Positions 28,352-29,964 of a stretch of 29,964 nt of DNA are shown here, piece after piece (the stretch's first letter is position 1; each line of letters starts with the position of its first letter). The position numbers were made by a program, and so were the translations under genes. The DNA lies in IMG/VR virus record IMGVR_UViG_3300010370_000162, positions 1 to 29,964 of that record, one strand, 5' to 3'. The DNA is from a virus (taxonomy: Duplodnaviria; Caudoviricetes). A model generated the notes under the pieces. That model ran no database searches, was not told the DNA's origin, and saw only the letters and a program-made list of their open reading frames with translations.

Positions 28352-29140
28352 TTACAAGTCCCTGAAGTCGAATCTTGATTTTTTATATCTTCTCTTTATA
28401 GATTGCATTGCAGTCGTTAATTGCTTTGGAGAAAGCCCTGAAAGCTCTCTCATATACAGGAGGACAGCACTCTTGTTAAGAAGATCTATTTCGTCAATAT
28501 TCTCAAAAATTGTAATTATTGCATTTATGCAAGTCAATTCATTTTCTGTTTTAACTCTTGACCTTATCTCGTAGAGAAGCCCTACAGTGCTTTCGACTGT
28601 GCTACTTGGTTCAAGAAAAAAATCATTTGCCTCAATGGTATTGTGCTCTTCTATGATTAGAGACTCATGCGTAGTAAGAGACTGTGGATCGTCAAGACTC
28701 ACACTCTTCTTGGTTCTTTGAGACTTTTGCTTTGTCTTAATGATAAGCCAATTTTTAGCAACTACGTTAAAGTAAGAGAAAGCGTTTGTTCCACGAGAAG
28801 CATCGAACTTATGAATTGTTTCAAAGAGAAAATTGACACAATCGTTTTTTAGCTCTTCATATGTGTCATGCATTCCCGTGAACTTATGAATGTTTATTAA
28901 GTTTTCAACAAGTTTCTTAAAAGCAGGAAGAATTTTTTCTACGTACAGCTTGTCTTTTTCTTTTTTTGAAAATTCAGACTGGTATGCTACTATTGCATCT
29001 TGTGTGTCTGAGTTGAAATAGAGTTTTAGCTTGTCTTTCTCCTCTTTGGTGTCTTTCTTTTGAGACAACTCTGACGTATTTTCTTCGGAGATTTTCTTAT
29101 TCTTTTTCTCCCTTCTCTTTTTTGAAACATTTGTTTTCAT
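28352..29140 (-). CDS. Phage sigma factor, T4 gp55-like late transcription factor (262 aa)
   Basis: EELKNDCVNFLFETIHKFDASRGTNAFSYFNVVAKNWLI resembles sigma70 region 2.2-2.4 (FDPxRG..F.Y) and gp55. It is followed by SVSLDD and a C-terminal HTH-like LYMRELSGLSPKQLTTAMQSIK. Confidence 0.7.
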   Translation of the reverse strand: MKTNVSKKRREKKNKKISEENTSELSQKKDTKEEKDKLKLYFNSDTQDAIVAYQSEFSKKEKDKLYVEKILPAFKKLVENLINIHKFTGMHDTYEELKNDCVNFLFETIHKFDASRGTNAFSYFNVVAKNWLIIKTKQKSQRTKKSVSLDDPQSLTTHESLIIEEHNTIEANDFFLEPSSTVESTVGLLYEIRSRVKTENELTCINAIITIFENIDEIDLLNKSAVLLYMRELSGLSPKQLTTAMQSIKRRYKKSRFDFRDL

Positions 29141-29451
29141 TCTTCTGCTTCTTTGCTTTCATTTGTTTCTGTATCTAGCGAATCATCGAGTATCTTTGCC
29201 ACATTGATAACTGCATTTTTTGATTCAACGATGTCTTTTATTAGATTTCTTACAACTGGTTCGTCTGAAAAAACTTCTAGGCGTGACTTTTGATCAATTT
29301 TTTGCTTTTGTATCTCTAGGATCTCTAGAGAATTCTGAATTGTTTCTTGAATTTCATCAAATTTGTCCATAAACTCTAGGTTCTTTTTAAGACTTACGGC
29401 GAGAATTGCCGTAAGTGAAATTGATAAAATTGAAAGAAACTCAATGATCAT
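29137..29451 (-). CDS. Small protein with N-terminal transmembrane segment and coiled coil (104 aa)
   Basis: IIEFLSILSISLTAILAVSL followed by KK and a charged heptad-like region; ATGA overlaps on both sides. Confidence 0.75.
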   Translation of the reverse strand: MIIEFLSILSISLTAILAVSLKKNLEFMDKFDEIQETIQNSLEILEIQKQKIDQKSRLEVFSDEPVVRNLIKDIVESKNAVINVAKILDDSLDTETNESKEAEE

Positions 29452-29963
29452 ATCAAGTCTTTTGTTGCTTCTTCATACAGCGATTTTACAGCCTCTATGG
29501 AGTATTTCTCTTGAATTTTTAAACTTAAGTCTTTTGCCCATTCTTTTGGAATGGAAGATGCAGACCTAAACTTAAGAATCTTTCTCTTGAAGTCGTCTTC
29601 TTGTGCAATTGCCCACTTACTTCCTCTCATGAAGATTCTGTTATCGACTCTTGTGCTGTGAATTTCGCTCAACTTGTAGTCTACTTCGATAAACTTTCCA
29701 TGAGACAAGAAATCCTTGTGTCCTGACCAATTTGTTGCAATGACAGGAAGAGATGATGCTGCAGCCTCAAGAATTGGTAATCCATATCCCTCACCCTTAG
29801 TAAGGGAAACTAAGGCTTTGATCTGCGGATGTCTGTAAAGGGAAGAAACTTCCTCATCAGATAGATCTCCATGTAAAAGATGAACTCTTGGGCTAATTCC
29901 TCTTCTTACCTCTTTCACCAGACTTTCAAAAGTTTGCTGCACTAGCTTTCTGTCTATACAGGT
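29448..29963 (-). CDS. GT-B glycosyltransferase, family 4 (Glycos_transf_1), C-terminal part; 5' end outside window
   Basis: E-X7-E motif in GEGYGLPILEAAASSLPVIATNWSGHKDFL. The frame stays open upstream of the track's GTG (TCIDRKL) to the window edge. Confidence 0.92.
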   Translation of the reverse strand, partial: TCIDRKLVQQTFESLVKEVRRGISPRVHLLHGDLSDEEVSSLYRHPQIKALVSLTKGEGYGLPILEAAASSLPVIATNWSGHKDFLSHGKFIEVDYKLSEIHSTRVDNRIFMRGSKWAIAQEDDFKRKILKFRSASSIPKEWAKDLSLKIQEKYSIEAVKSLYEEATKDLI

Positions 29964-29964
29964 A

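Noticed and set aside
29090-29125. KKRREKKNKK basic run resembling a nuclear localisation signal
   Set aside because: A low-complexity, A-rich N-terminal extension; the surrounding genes and SD sites point to a prokaryotic host.
162-29569. Numerous plus-strand and alternate-frame ORFs of 60-160 aa in the track
   Set aside because: All lie inside long minus-strand genes and are shadows of G/S/T/V-biased codons (e.g. PVAPVAP opposite the collagen). None has independent motifs.
1-29964. Stop-codon reassignment
   Set aside because: Genes are long and tightly packed under the standard code, and TAA, TAG and TGA all terminate genes.

Overview
The window is a dense run of 15 minus-strand genes from a large contractile-tailed (myovirus-like) phage, truncated at both ends; all three stop codons are used, so the code looks standard. 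In transcription order (right to left) it encodes: a GT4 glycosyltransferase (partial), a small membrane-anchored protein, a gp55-like sigma factor, a small helical protein, a gp5/gpV-like spike, gp25, gp6/baseplate J, a DNRLRE-like protein, a LamG-containing gp7/P2-gpI-like wedge protein, three unassigned probable virion proteins, and three modular tail-fibre genes (2587 aa, 1655 aa and one partial). The strongest unexplained signal is a [S/T]-[G/A/S]-S tripeptide that saturates the probably exposed virion proteins but is almost absent from the core baseplate and non-structural proteins. With the glycosyltransferase in the same cluster, this suggests a sequon-directed virion glycosylation system (inference). 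Also notable are a TANTTA motif in the three largest intergenic gaps, a candidate target of the phage sigma factor, and shared modules with patchy GC content across the fibres. No tRNA, CRISPR, reverse transcriptase or mobile element was found. Family assignments come from motif recognition by eye, not database searches.
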